NCBI GenBank assembly: GCA_964409365.1 | Contig: CAYPCX010000001.1 | Span: forward strand, 684-64,683 | DNA from: an uncultured Planctomycetia bacterium | GTDB taxonomy: Bacteria; Omnitrophota; Gorgyraeia; Tantalellales; Tantalellaceae | DNA length: 64,000 bases | Reading direction: 5' to 3' | Shown: positions 39,380-49,084 of the stretch, piece after piece | Position numbering within the stretch: position 1 is the first letter of the stretch | How the letters are laid out: the number at the start of each line of letters is the position of its first letter | Notes under the pieces: generated by a model | Database searches by the model: none | Told to the model about the DNA's origin: nothing | Seen by the model: the letters and a program-made list of their open reading frames with translations, nothing else | Translations under genes and position numbers: made by a program

Positions 39380-41764
39380 ATGCGTTCCATGAGAACGGGA
39401 AAGTATTTAGCGCCGCTTTTCCTTCTGGCTATCCTTATCTTTCCTTTCCATGAAATTTCCCATTCACAGGACAACGATTCCCGGGAGACGCTTGAAAAGA
39501 AAGGCCCTCCGGGTATCGTGTTCCTCTACGACGGACCCGACCGTTTCTATGAAGAAAGCATAGATCTTATAAAAAAGGAGCTGGTGGGGCTGCGCGGGGG
39601 TAAGGCCCCGGTACGTTTCATGGGCACGGAGCATGGTGACTGGGACCCCGATATCATTAAACAAAAACTTGAGGCCCTTCTTGCGGACGATGATGTGGAT
39701 GTCATTATCGGCGCCGGTTATTTTACGGGCATAATAGCCTCCAGGATGGAACTTCCCAAGCCCGTTATCATAGCGGACTTCTTCGATATCCAGATAATGA
39801 GCGTGCCTTATAAAGATGAGACCTCGGGGAAGAGTAATTTCACTTACCTGGCGACCCCGCATCTTGTCAGGGACCAGATAGACGCGTTCAGGAGAATAAA
39901 ACCCTTCCAAAAAGTGCATATATTCATAGACAGTGTCTTCCTGGCCGAGGCCAAAAAGATAGTCCGGGAGATCAAAGCCCATGATTTCGAGATAGAATTC
40001 ATCGGGTACAGGGAGAACCTGTCCGGTGCGCTCGCGGCAATAGAGGACATGGAGATCGAAGCGGTGTATCTTGTGCCGTCCTCTTTTTTGCCGGAAGAAG
40101 ATTACGATAATCTTATTGACGCGCTGAACGAAAGGAAGATACCCACTTTTTCCGCCATGGGGTATGTCGATGTAGAGAAGGGCGTGCTGGCGGGCCTCAT
40201 GCCGAAAATACTCACAAAATTCGCCAGACGTGTAGCTATAAACACCGACAGGGTCCTTAAGGGAGAGAACGCCGGGGATATAAATGTCATGTTCGTGATC
40301 GAGAACAGGTTCATCGTCAATGCGCGCACTGCCAGGGAAATAGACATATCCCTGCCTTTCGACGTTTTACTTAGTGCCGAGATCCTTTATGCGCATGAGG
40401 GCTGGGGAGAGGAGCTCTCTATCTATGAAGCGGTCGATGAAGCCACCAGCAACTACCTTCTTTTCAGGATCAGGGACGAGGAGATAGAGCAGGCCAGGCA
40501 GGAGCATTATATCCAGTGGTCACAGTACCTACCGACGGTAAAATACTCGCTTCTTTATGATATATATGATACCGAGACAGCCAAGCTTTCCCTGGGACTC
40601 ACCCCCAAACGGTATCTTAAGAACAGGTTCTCCTTAAGCCAGCTCATATTCAGCGATCCCGTTTTTACCGAGATAATAAACAGCAAGCGGGAGGTTGATA
40701 TAACAAAACTGCAGAAGGAATCATCCACGCTTGACATAACGGACGAGACGACGTTGGCATATCTGGAGTACCTCAGGACAAAGGCCCTTCTCAAAGTGGA
40801 GACCGAGAATCTCGAGGCGAACAGGCACCACCTCAGTATGGCGAAGAAAAGATATGATATAGGCGTGGCAGGAAGGGAAGAGCAGCTGCGATGGGGGTCG
40901 GAAGTAGCCCAGTCCCAATCTGATGTGTTAAAGGCGCACTCGAACGTCCAGCAGGCCAGGATCACGCTCAACGAGCTCATGAACCGTCCGCAGGAAACAC
41001 CCTTCACGGAACAGGACGTGGGGCTGGAGACCCTGGGATATTATCTTGGTGCCGGGTACCTTGACCGCTTCGTCAAGAACAGGGAGACGCTCCTTGTATT
41101 CCTGGATTACATGGTCCAGAAGGCCTTCGAGAACTCACCGGAGCTAAGGGCGCTCGATATAGCCATCCGGCAGCAGAAGCTCGTCAAGGACACGGCGATG
41201 AGGAAATTCTTTCTTCCGGAAGCGGGCCTTGACGGGTATATAGACCATAGGCTCGGGAAAAAACATTACGGGCCCATCCCCGAGAACGACCACGATGACT
41301 GGTACGTGCAGATGAAGCTCTCTTACCCGATATTCGAGGGCGGCTCCAGGGCCTTCGACTACGAGAAGCAAAAGTCGGAACTGGACCGGCTCACCTTTAA
41401 AAAACAGCTGCAACAGAACCAGGTCGAGCTCGATGTGAGAAGGACGACTTACAGGATGGGGCATTCTTATCCGAACATAGATCTTTCAAGGACAGCGATG
41501 GAGAACGCATCGGAAAATTACGGTATAGTACAGACAAAATACGCGAAAGGCACGGCTTCGATAACGGACCTCATAGACGCGCAGAAGGACAAGTTCGCCC
41601 GCGAGGGGGACGCCGTAATAGCCGTTTATGATCTTCTGGCCGACGTTTATAATTTCGACAGGGCGGTCTCGAAATACTATTCACTTGCTTCCGAAGAAGA
41701 ACAGAAAAAATGGCTGGAAGAGCTTAAGGAATATCTGGTCGCGGAAGGCATAGAGACAAGATAA
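39380..41764 (+). CDS. Fusion: periplasmic COG2984/PF04392-type ABC substrate-binding-like domain plus TolC-family outer-membrane efflux domain
   Basis: Signal peptide. Residues about 40-400 match the ABC_sub_bind architecture, ending ...ENRFIVNARTAREIDISLPFDVLLSAEIL. Residues about 400-794 are TolC-like OEP repeats (LSIYEAVDEATSNYLL..., AKKRYDIGVAGREEQLRWGSEVAQSQ...). The upstream ORF-track extension overlapping purF is rejected. Confidence 0.7.
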   Translation: MRSMRTGKYLAPLFLLAILIFPFHEISHSQDNDSRETLEKKGPPGIVFLYDGPDRFYEESIDLIKKELVGLRGGKAPVRFMGTEHGDWDPDIIKQKLEALLADDDVDVIIGAGYFTGIIASRMELPKPVIIADFFDIQIMSVPYKDETSGKSNFTYLATPHLVRDQIDAFRRIKPFQKVHIFIDSVFLAEAKKIVREIKAHDFEIEFIGYRENLSGALAAIEDMEIEAVYLVPSSFLPEEDYDNLIDALNERKIPTFSAMGYVDVEKGVLAGLMPKILTKFARRVAINTDRVLKGENAGDINVMFVIENRFIVNARTAREIDISLPFDVLLSAEILYAHEGWGEELSIYEAVDEATSNYLLFRIRDEEIEQARQEHYIQWSQYLPTVKYSLLYDIYDTETAKLSLGLTPKRYLKNRFSLSQLIFSDPVFTEIINSKREVDITKLQKESSTLDITDETTLAYLEYLRTKALLKVETENLEANRHHLSMAKKRYDIGVAGREEQLRWGSEVAQSQSDVLKAHSNVQQARITLNELMNRPQETPFTEQDVGLETLGYYLGAGYLDRFVKNRETLLVFLDYMVQKAFENSPELRALDIAIRQQKLVKDTAMRKFFLPEAGLDGYIDHRLGKKHYGPIPENDHDDWYVQMKLSYPIFEGGSRAFDYEKQKSELDRLTFKKQLQQNQVELDVRRTTYRMGHSYPNIDLSRTAMENASENYGIVQTKYAKGTASITDLIDAQKDKFAREGDAVIAVYDLLADVYNFDRAVSKYYSLASEEEQKKWLEELKEYLVAEGIETR

Positions 41765-41776
41765 AAGGAGTGATTC

Positions 41777-42811
41777 ATGAAATTCATCATAGCGGCAGTT
41801 CTCATATTGACCATGTCGATCACCGGGTGCGGAAGAAAGAAAAAGTTCGAAGAACCGGCCAGGCCCATAAAATACATGACGGTGGAAAAAGGTGATACCG
41901 TCCGCAAAAAGGTCTATAACGGTGTGTCGAAGAACATTACCGAGTCACAGATATCTTTCCGGGTGAGCGGTATGATACAAGAGCTGCCCATAAAAGTGGG
42001 CCAGGCCGTCAAAAAGGACGAAATGCTCGCCCGGCTTGACCAGACGGATTTTCAGACAAAGGTCAACGAAATGCGGGCTACATATGTTAACGCCGAGGCC
42101 GATCTCAAGAGATACCGCTTGCTGTATGAGGAGGAAAGCGCGACCAAACAGGAGCTGGACCAGGCCCAGGCCAATTACGACGTGGCGAAGTCCCAGCTGG
42201 AGCTTGCCGAACAGGAGCTCTCATATACCGTTCTCAAAGCGCCCAGTGACGGCCTGATAGTCAGCAAACCCGTGGAAGTACATGAGAACGTTTCGGTCGG
42301 GCAGACCATATGCGAGCTCGAGACGGGTAAAGAGCTCGAGGTCAAGGTGGGCCTGCCTGAGAACCTGATAGGCAGGGTCAGCAAGGGCGAGGAGACGGTG
42401 GCGCGTTTCGGGTCGGTGAAAGACAAAGAATACCGGGCCGTGGTGACAGAAGTGGGCGTGAGAGTGGACGAAAAAACGGCGACTTTCCCGGTGACGGTGG
42501 AGATCGTCGGGCAGCATGACGAACTGCGCGCCGGCATGGTAGCCGACGTCGAGTTCACTTTCCGGCCGCCGAAAGACGCCTCAAAGACCATAAAGGTCCC
42601 GACGCAGGCCGTGCTGGAAGACCCGTCGGGGAAGCGTTTTGTTTGGGTGTATAACGGTGAGAGCGGCACGGTAACGAAGAGAGAGGTTCGGGTCGCCGGC
42701 GTTACGCAGGAGGGCACCGAAATAGTGTCCGGTCTTGAGCCCGGCGAGATCATCGCCACTGCCGGGGCTCATTATCTCCGCGACGGCCAGAAAGTAAAGC
42801 TTTTGAAATAG
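41777..42811 (+). CDS. RND efflux membrane-fusion (periplasmic adaptor) lipoprotein
   Basis: Lipobox LTMSITGC, then a coiled-coil hairpin and HlyD/AcrA-like beta domains. Confidence 0.8.
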   Translation: MKFIIAAVLILTMSITGCGRKKKFEEPARPIKYMTVEKGDTVRKKVYNGVSKNITESQISFRVSGMIQELPIKVGQAVKKDEMLARLDQTDFQTKVNEMRATYVNAEADLKRYRLLYEEESATKQELDQAQANYDVAKSQLELAEQELSYTVLKAPSDGLIVSKPVEVHENVSVGQTICELETGKELEVKVGLPENLIGRVSKGEETVARFGSVKDKEYRAVVTEVGVRVDEKTATFPVTVEIVGQHDELRAGMVADVEFTFRPPKDASKTIKVPTQAVLEDPSGKRFVWVYNGESGTVTKREVRVAGVTQEGTEIVSGLEPGEIIATAGAHYLRDGQKVKLLK

Positions 42812-42813
42812 AC

Positions 42814-45800
42814 ATGAACATAACTAACGTATTTATAAAGAACGACAGGGTGACGTTCGTGCTGCTTTTCCTGATCATACTTGGGGGGATACAGGCATAT
42901 ACCAATTTCCCGCGGGATGAGGATCCCGAGATAAGCATTCCCACGGCCCTTGTCATGACATATAATCCCGGCATGTCACCCGTGGACGTGGAGCTTTTGA
43001 TCTCTGATAAGATCGAAAAGAAGATCCAGGAACTGCCGGAGCTTGATTATGTGCAGTCCGAGAACAGGACAGGGGTCTCGATAATCACCGTGGAGATAAA
43101 AGATCAGTACAAGGATCTACCGCCGATATGGCAGCGGCTCAGGAACAAGGTGGAAAATGCCGAAGGAGAACTTCCGGAAGGAACGACCAAACCTTTTGTG
43201 TGGGACGATTTCGGCGACGTTTTCGGGATAGTGCTGGCAGTGACAGGGGAAGGTTTCACTTACAGGGAGATAGAGGATGTCACCGACGACCTGAAAAAGG
43301 AGATAAACCTGCTCCCGGGTGTGTCCAAGGTGGAGCTGTACGGTGTACAGGAAGAGCGCGTTTTCATAGAGGTCTCGAACGCGCGGCTCGGGGCGTTCGG
43401 CATGAGCCCGACGGAGCTTATGCAGCTTTTGGCCGATGAGAATATAGTCCTCCCCGGCGGACAGGTGTTCGTGGGGCCCGAGAAGATAATCATAGAGCCC
43501 AGCGGGAACTACGAGAACGTGGACGATATCCGTATGACGGTCGTATCGAAACCCGGCGATATCGAAGTCGTATATCTCAAGGATATGGCCCAGATCAAAA
43601 GGGAGTATATCGATCCACCCCGTGTTATGACGAGACAGGACGGTGTGAGGTGTATCGTGGTGGCTGTTAGCATGGCCAAGGGCGGCAATATCGTCGAGTT
43701 GGGTGATACGGTCAATAATTTTCTCGGCAAGTATGAGCCAAAACTTCCCGTGGGCATGAATATCGATTTTGTGGAATTCCAGCCTACGAAGGTCATAAAA
43801 GCGACCAACGATTTCATGCTGAACCTTCTCCAGGCAATACTTATAGTCAGCATCGTGATGATACTGTCGCTGGGGCTCAGGACCGGCGCGATAGTGGCCA
43901 CCCTGATACCCATGAGCATACTGGCAACGTTCGTTTTCATGTCTTTCTTCAATATCGAACTGCAAAGAGTCTCCATCGCCAGCTTAATAATCGCGTTGGG
44001 ACTTATGGTAGATTGCGGTATAGTGATGAGTGAGAACATAATGGTGCTTTTGAGCAAGGGGGTGAATCGACTGGAAGCGTGTGTCAAGACAGGTAAAGAG
44101 CTTCTTGTTCCGCTTCTTACATCTACGCTTACTACCTGCGCCGCTTTTCTTCCCATAGCGTTGGCCAAGGCGAGAGTGGGAGAGTACTGTCTTTCGCTTT
44201 TCCAGGTGGTTTCGATCTCGCTTTTGTGCTCATGGTTCCTGGGCCTTACCATGATACCGCTTCTCTGCTTCCATTTCCTGAGGTTCGACCGCCCCGAAAA
44301 AGCTATTTTTTCGAACCGCAACTTTCGTTTGGGCATGATAAGCCTTCTTTATGTCGTGTGCATCTTTTTTGCGAAACTGCCTATTCTGCTTCTGGTGGTT
44401 ATCCTGCCGTTCCTTGTTAAGAAATACATCTTTGACAAAAAAAGCAAAGACGCTGCGGAAAAAAAGCCCGAAAAAGAGCACGGGTCACCGTTCTACAAAA
44501 AATATCTGGATTTCCTGACGTACGTCCTTACTCACAGGAAAAGATGTCTCCTGGGGCTTCTGGTGGTCTTTATAATATCCCTCTGGGCCTTCGGTTTCGT
44601 GAAAAAGATATTTTTCCCGCCTTCCGACAGGCCGCAGTACATGGTGGATTTCGAACTGCCTGAAGGTACGAGTATATATACCACCTCGCGCGAACTTAAA
44701 AAATTCGAAAAGTTCCTCTCGGAACAAGAGGAGATAACAAGTTATACTTCTTATATCGGGGAAGGAGGCCCGCGTTTTTATCTTTCCTACGGTCCGAAAC
44801 AATCGAGAGAGAATTATGCCTTTGTCCTGGTCAACTGCGGGTCGTTCTATGACGTAGAACCGCTGATCATAAGGACACGCGAATTCCTTTCAGAGAACGT
44901 GCCGTACGCCAGGCCCAAGGTGAAGCCCCTGGACAGCGGCGTGCCTGTCGATGAACCCATAGAGGTAAGGATATCCGGCGACGATATTGACACTCTCTAT
45001 ACCCTCGCGGACCAGGTAAAAAAAGAACTGGGTGATATAGCGGGAGCCTATAACATCAGGGATGACTGGGGCACTAAGACAAAAAAGATAGTGGTAGACA
45101 TAAACCAGGCGAAGGCCAAGAGGGTGGGCCTTTCGAGCCGTGATGTCGCTGATTCCCTCAAGATGCTCCTTGACGAGCAGGAAGCCACGCTGTACAGGGA
45201 AGAGGACAAGAACATCCCGGTGACCCTCAGGGCGGAAGGCGCTTCGCGCAAGGACGTAGGGAAGGTCGAGAGCCTTAACGTGTACTCTTCGGTGAACGAA
45301 CAGTCGATCCCCCTGTCGCAGATAGCCGAAGACAGGATCGAGTGGGAGAACTCGCAGATCTACAGGAGGAACAGGTGGAGGACCATGAAGGTCTTAAGCC
45401 AGGTGGAACCGGGTTACGTGGCCACGGATGTACTGAAAGTGTTGGAGCCAAAGATGAAAAAGATATCCCGCAAATGGCCTCCCGGGTACAAGTACAAGTT
45501 CGGCGGCGAGAAAGAAGAAAGCGACAAGGCGCAGAACTCGATAGCCGAGCAGTTCCCCATCGCTGTTTTCATAATAGTCATGCTTATGATAGTCCAGTTC
45601 AACTCCCTGAGGCGCATGACGATCATCATATTGACCATACCCATGGCCATAATAGGCGTTACCGTCGGGCTTCTTGTCACGGACCTTCCGTTCGGGTTCA
45701 TGGCGCTTTTGGGTTACATAAGTTTGGCCGGCATAGTGATAAATAACGCCATAGTCCTCATCGACCGCATCGAGCTGAATATACAGGAAGGGAACACGCC

Positions 45801-46038
45801 GCAGAGGTCTGTCATACTGGCGGCCCTTTCGCGCACAAGGCCGATAGTATTGACGTCCGTAACCACCGTGGGCGGGCTTATACCCCTCGCTCTCGGCGGC
45901 GGCGAATTCTGGGCGCCCATGGCGGTAACGATAATGGCGGGGCTGATCTTTTCGACGGTCCTTACGCTCGGTTTCGTGCCGATGCTGTATTCGATGTTCT
46001 TCAAGATAAATTACGAAGAAAAGGATTTCGCGATATGA
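42814..46038 (+). CDS. RND efflux permease (AcrB/AcrD/AcrF family)
   Basis: 1074 aa with a 12-TM AcrB architecture and two large periplasmic loops. Starts 3 nt after the adaptor gene. Confidence 0.9.
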   Translation: MNITNVFIKNDRVTFVLLFLIILGGIQAYTNFPRDEDPEISIPTALVMTYNPGMSPVDVELLISDKIEKKIQELPELDYVQSENRTGVSIITVEIKDQYKDLPPIWQRLRNKVENAEGELPEGTTKPFVWDDFGDVFGIVLAVTGEGFTYREIEDVTDDLKKEINLLPGVSKVELYGVQEERVFIEVSNARLGAFGMSPTELMQLLADENIVLPGGQVFVGPEKIIIEPSGNYENVDDIRMTVVSKPGDIEVVYLKDMAQIKREYIDPPRVMTRQDGVRCIVVAVSMAKGGNIVELGDTVNNFLGKYEPKLPVGMNIDFVEFQPTKVIKATNDFMLNLLQAILIVSIVMILSLGLRTGAIVATLIPMSILATFVFMSFFNIELQRVSIASLIIALGLMVDCGIVMSENIMVLLSKGVNRLEACVKTGKELLVPLLTSTLTTCAAFLPIALAKARVGEYCLSLFQVVSISLLCSWFLGLTMIPLLCFHFLRFDRPEKAIFSNRNFRLGMISLLYVVCIFFAKLPILLLVVILPFLVKKYIFDKKSKDAAEKKPEKEHGSPFYKKYLDFLTYVLTHRKRCLLGLLVVFIISLWAFGFVKKIFFPPSDRPQYMVDFELPEGTSIYTTSRELKKFEKFLSEQEEITSYTSYIGEGGPRFYLSYGPKQSRENYAFVLVNCGSFYDVEPLIIRTREFLSENVPYARPKVKPLDSGVPVDEPIEVRISGDDIDTLYTLADQVKKELGDIAGAYNIRDDWGTKTKKIVVDINQAKAKRVGLSSRDVADSLKMLLDEQEATLYREEDKNIPVTLRAEGASRKDVGKVESLNVYSSVNEQSIPLSQIAEDRIEWENSQIYRRNRWRTMKVLSQVEPGYVATDVLKVLEPKMKKISRKWPPGYKYKFGGEKEESDKAQNSIAEQFPIAVFIIVMLMIVQFNSLRRMTIIILTIPMAIIGVTVGLLVTDLPFGFMALLGYISLAGIVINNAIVLIDRIELNIQEGNTPQRSVILAALSRTRPIVLTSVTTVGGLIPLALGGGEFWAPMAVTIMAGLIFSTVLTLGFVPMLYSMFFKINYEEKDFAI

Positions 46039-46724
46039 GAGAGAAACTGATCTCGAATTTCATTAAAAATAAGTTCAGTCATCTTCTGGCGGTGATTATT
46101 ATACTTTTTCTCATTGCCCCGTTCCTTCCGGAAAGGGACGTAGGCCTGCCGATCGTTTCTTTTGTGTTCCTGGGCATGATACTCGTCACTTTAAGGGCTT
46201 TATCCCTGACCAGGAGGGCCTTGCGCTGGTCGATGAGCATTGCCGCCGCGGCATTCCTGGTAGATGTCATCGGCACGTTCGATACCCATCCCATTCTTGA
46301 TGAGTCTTTTTATGTCGTAAGTACTGCGGTCTATTCGGCATTTTTGGCCCTGGCCATTGTCCTGATAATAAAAAAGCTGTTCACCGAGCGGAAAGTGACG
46401 GGCGATACCATCAAGGGGGCGATAAGTATATATTTTCTGATCGGCATGCTTTTCGCGCTTCTTTACATAGCGGTGGACCATATTGACGGCGCGGCTTTTT
46501 ATTTTACGGGGCCGGAAAAGGATATAAGCCTTTTTTATTTCAGTTTCGTGACGATGACCACGCTCGGTTACGGTGATATCATACCCGCGGATAAATTCGC
46601 CAAGAACCTTGCCGCGCTGCAGGCGGTGGTCGGGCAGATGTACATAGCCATTCTCGTAGCGCGGCTTGTGGGGCTTTATACAGCCGGCAGGACCAGGGAG
46701 CGCATGGAGGAGAAGGCAGAATAA
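46035..46724 (+). CDS. Potassium channel (2TM/pore-loop type)
   Basis: Selectivity filter TTLGYGD (FSFVTMTTLGYGDIIP) between two TMs, with additional N-terminal TMs. Confidence 0.8.
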   Translation: MREKLISNFIKNKFSHLLAVIIILFLIAPFLPERDVGLPIVSFVFLGMILVTLRALSLTRRALRWSMSIAAAAFLVDVIGTFDTHPILDESFYVVSTAVYSAFLALAIVLIIKKLFTERKVTGDTIKGAISIYFLIGMLFALLYIAVDHIDGAAFYFTGPEKDISLFYFSFVTMTTLGYGDIIPADKFAKNLAALQAVVGQMYIAILVARLVGLYTAGRTRERMEEKAE

Positions 46725-46735
46725 CAGGAGAGAGC

Positions 46736-47632
46736 ATGGCGAGAGAAGGAAAAGGCGAAATAATAAGAAGGATACTTGTCACCGACGACGATCCGGCGGT
46801 GCTTTCCACGCTGAACGAAATATTGACAAGAGAAGGATACAGCGTGATCACGGCTTCCAACGGCGAAGAATGTCTTGTCATGGCCAAAGTCGAAAGCCCG
46901 GATCTTATAGTCCTGGATATTGTGATGCCCGGGATGGACGGCAAGGAAGTAAAAACGAAGCTGAACGAGGACACCTCTACGGCCAGTATACCTGTTGTTT
47001 TCCTCACAGGCAAAGGCGCAACAGCCGACAAGGTCGAAGGGTTCAACCTCGGTATAGACGATTATATCACAAAGCCTTTCGAGCTTGACGAGCTCCTGGC
47101 GCGTGTCAGGGGAGCCCTCACCAGGAGGGGTTTCTATGAGCGCATCTCCATGACGGACGCTCTTACAGGGCTGTATAACAGGCATTATTTCGACAAGCAG
47201 TTCGAGCTTTTTTTCAATATAGCTAAAAGGTACCAGCAGATGTTCTCTCTTGTCATAGTCGATATAGACAATTTCAAGGAGATAAACGATACATACAGCC
47301 ACACGGTAGGGGATTTCGTCCTAAGGAAACTCTCTTCGGTGATGACCGATACGTTAAGAAAGTCGGATATAGTTACCAGGTATGGGGGGGATGAATTCGC
47401 GATAATCCTGCCGGGGAGCGACAGGGAGCAGGCGAAGAAGGCCATGGGAAGGGTCTCGGACAAGATCAACAGCGAGGTGTATATATTCGGCGATAAGAAC
47501 GACAAACTTGACGTCTCGATAAGCATAGGTGTCGCCGCCTACAGCGAGGACATGGGAAGCGCGAAACAGCTTTTCGAGATAGCGGATGCCGATATGTACA
47601 GGGTGAAGAAAGCGTCCAGAGAAAAGGAATAA
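46736..47632 (+). CDS. Response regulator with receiver + GGDEF diguanylate cyclase domains
   Basis: Receiver motifs (ILVTDDD...LIVLDIVMPGMDG) and a GGDEF active site (RYGGDEFAIILPG). Confidence 0.85.
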   Translation: MAREGKGEIIRRILVTDDDPAVLSTLNEILTREGYSVITASNGEECLVMAKVESPDLIVLDIVMPGMDGKEVKTKLNEDTSTASIPVVFLTGKGATADKVEGFNLGIDDYITKPFELDELLARVRGALTRRGFYERISMTDALTGLYNRHYFDKQFELFFNIAKRYQQMFSLVIVDIDNFKEINDTYSHTVGDFVLRKLSSVMTDTLRKSDIVTRYGGDEFAIILPGSDREQAKKAMGRVSDKINSEVYIFGDKNDKLDVSISIGVAAYSEDMGSAKQLFEIADADMYRVKKASREKE

Positions 47633-47641
47633 ACCGAAAAA

Positions 47642-48295
47642 ATGACCATGGATAACGTGATAATACGGAAATACAGGGAAGAAGACCGTCCCAAGGTCAG
47701 GGAGATATGTTATGAGAGTGTTTTCCTGGGAGAACCCGTCGAGGCTTTTTTCGACGACAAGGAGATACTTGCGGACATAATGACTTTATACTACACGGAT
47801 CACGAGCCGGGATCGATGTTCGTGGCCGAGGACAGCGGCAGGATTGTGGGGTACCTGGCGGGGTGTCCCGATTCGCGAAAGTGCAGGGAAATAGGTCGCA
47901 CGAGCATAATACCCGGGGTCCTCCGCAAGGTCCTGATCCGGGGTATCATCTTTAAGCCGAAAACGGCGAAACTCCTTTTTCACAGCTGTATAGGCCTGAT
48001 AAAGGGAGAGTTCAACGTCCCTTACATGGAAGATTACCCCGCGTATTTCCGCGTATATATCGCTAAAAACTACCGTAAGATGGGCATAGGTTCACGGCTT
48101 CTCGATGCGTACCTGGAACATTTGAGAGAAAAGCAGATAAAAGGTGTTTACAGTATCACGGTCTCCGAAGAGGAGAAGATGTTCCTCTTGAACAGGGATT
48201 TCAAGATATTGTCATCAAGGACCTCAAGACAGCTTTACCGGGTGGTCGGAAAGGATTTTGCTGTCTCTGCGATGGTCAAAAAGACGGATAATTGA
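47642..48295 (+). CDS. GNAT-family N-acetyltransferase (putative)
   Basis: Motif A-like YRKMGIGSRLLDAYLEHL. About 217 aa. Confidence 0.45.
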   Translation: MTMDNVIIRKYREEDRPKVREICYESVFLGEPVEAFFDDKEILADIMTLYYTDHEPGSMFVAEDSGRIVGYLAGCPDSRKCREIGRTSIIPGVLRKVLIRGIIFKPKTAKLLFHSCIGLIKGEFNVPYMEDYPAYFRVYIAKNYRKMGIGSRLLDAYLEHLREKQIKGVYSITVSEEEKMFLLNRDFKILSSRTSRQLYRVVGKDFAVSAMVKKTDN

Positions 48296-48316
48296 AAAAC
48301 ACCTTTCCTTACTCGC

Positions 48317-49084
48317 ATGAAAAGATCCTTAGTGAAAGTTCTAATATTACCTATTTTCATTTCCTGTTGTTCGCTTGTTCACGCGGATGAAGATATCTAC
48401 AAGACAAGGTATACCTGTTTTGATCTTAAAGGCGGTGAAAGATGGCAAGCCGAGGTAGACATAAAAAAGAGTGGCAGGGAAGGTGTCTATCTTCTCACGG
48501 AAAAGGGAGAGGGGATCTACACCGGTTTTGACGGGAGGATCAGGTGGAAGTCTGAAATGGAGTTCGAGAGCGATGCGTCCGGGGTGAGGCCGCTTGTATG
48601 CGTGAGACGTATCTTTGACAAAGACGGGAATGCCTTGGCCGTACAGACCCAGAGATTCGACCTTGAGGACGGGAAGGCCGTTATTATCGCGGAAGATCTT
48701 GCCAAAGGTACAAAGAAGCAAAAGACGTTCCGTTTCAAGAATGACCCGGTGAACAGGCTTCTTTTGGGGCTTTATATCCGGAAATTCCTTGAACGCGGCA
48801 AGAGAGATGCCAGGATAGACCTTTTCAGCAATGAACCCGCGCATTATAAAGTGGACCTCAGGGTGATAGACACCGGGAAAATAGAGATAAACGGCCGACA
48901 AAAAGAGACCTTCAGGCTGTGCCTGGACCCGGACCTGGGCCTTTTTGGCATCGTAAAGTTCGTGCTGCCGAAAGCCTATGTGTGGCATTCTACCGCTCCG
49001 GAATATAAGTGGCTGCGCTACAAAGGTTTAGAGAGAGGCCCCGGTTCCCCGAAAGTGGAGATAAGAACGATGGAGAAGACATGA
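48317..49084 (+). CDS. Hypothetical secreted protein
   Basis: Signal peptide. No recognisable motifs. Confidence 0.4.
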   Translation: MKRSLVKVLILPIFISCCSLVHADEDIYKTRYTCFDLKGGERWQAEVDIKKSGREGVYLLTEKGEGIYTGFDGRIRWKSEMEFESDASGVRPLVCVRRIFDKDGNALAVQTQRFDLEDGKAVIIAEDLAKGTKKQKTFRFKNDPVNRLLLGLYIRKFLERGKRDARIDLFSNEPAHYKVDLRVIDTGKIEINGRQKETFRLCLDPDLGLFGIVKFVLPKAYVWHSTAPEYKWLRYKGLERGPGSPKVEIRTMEKT

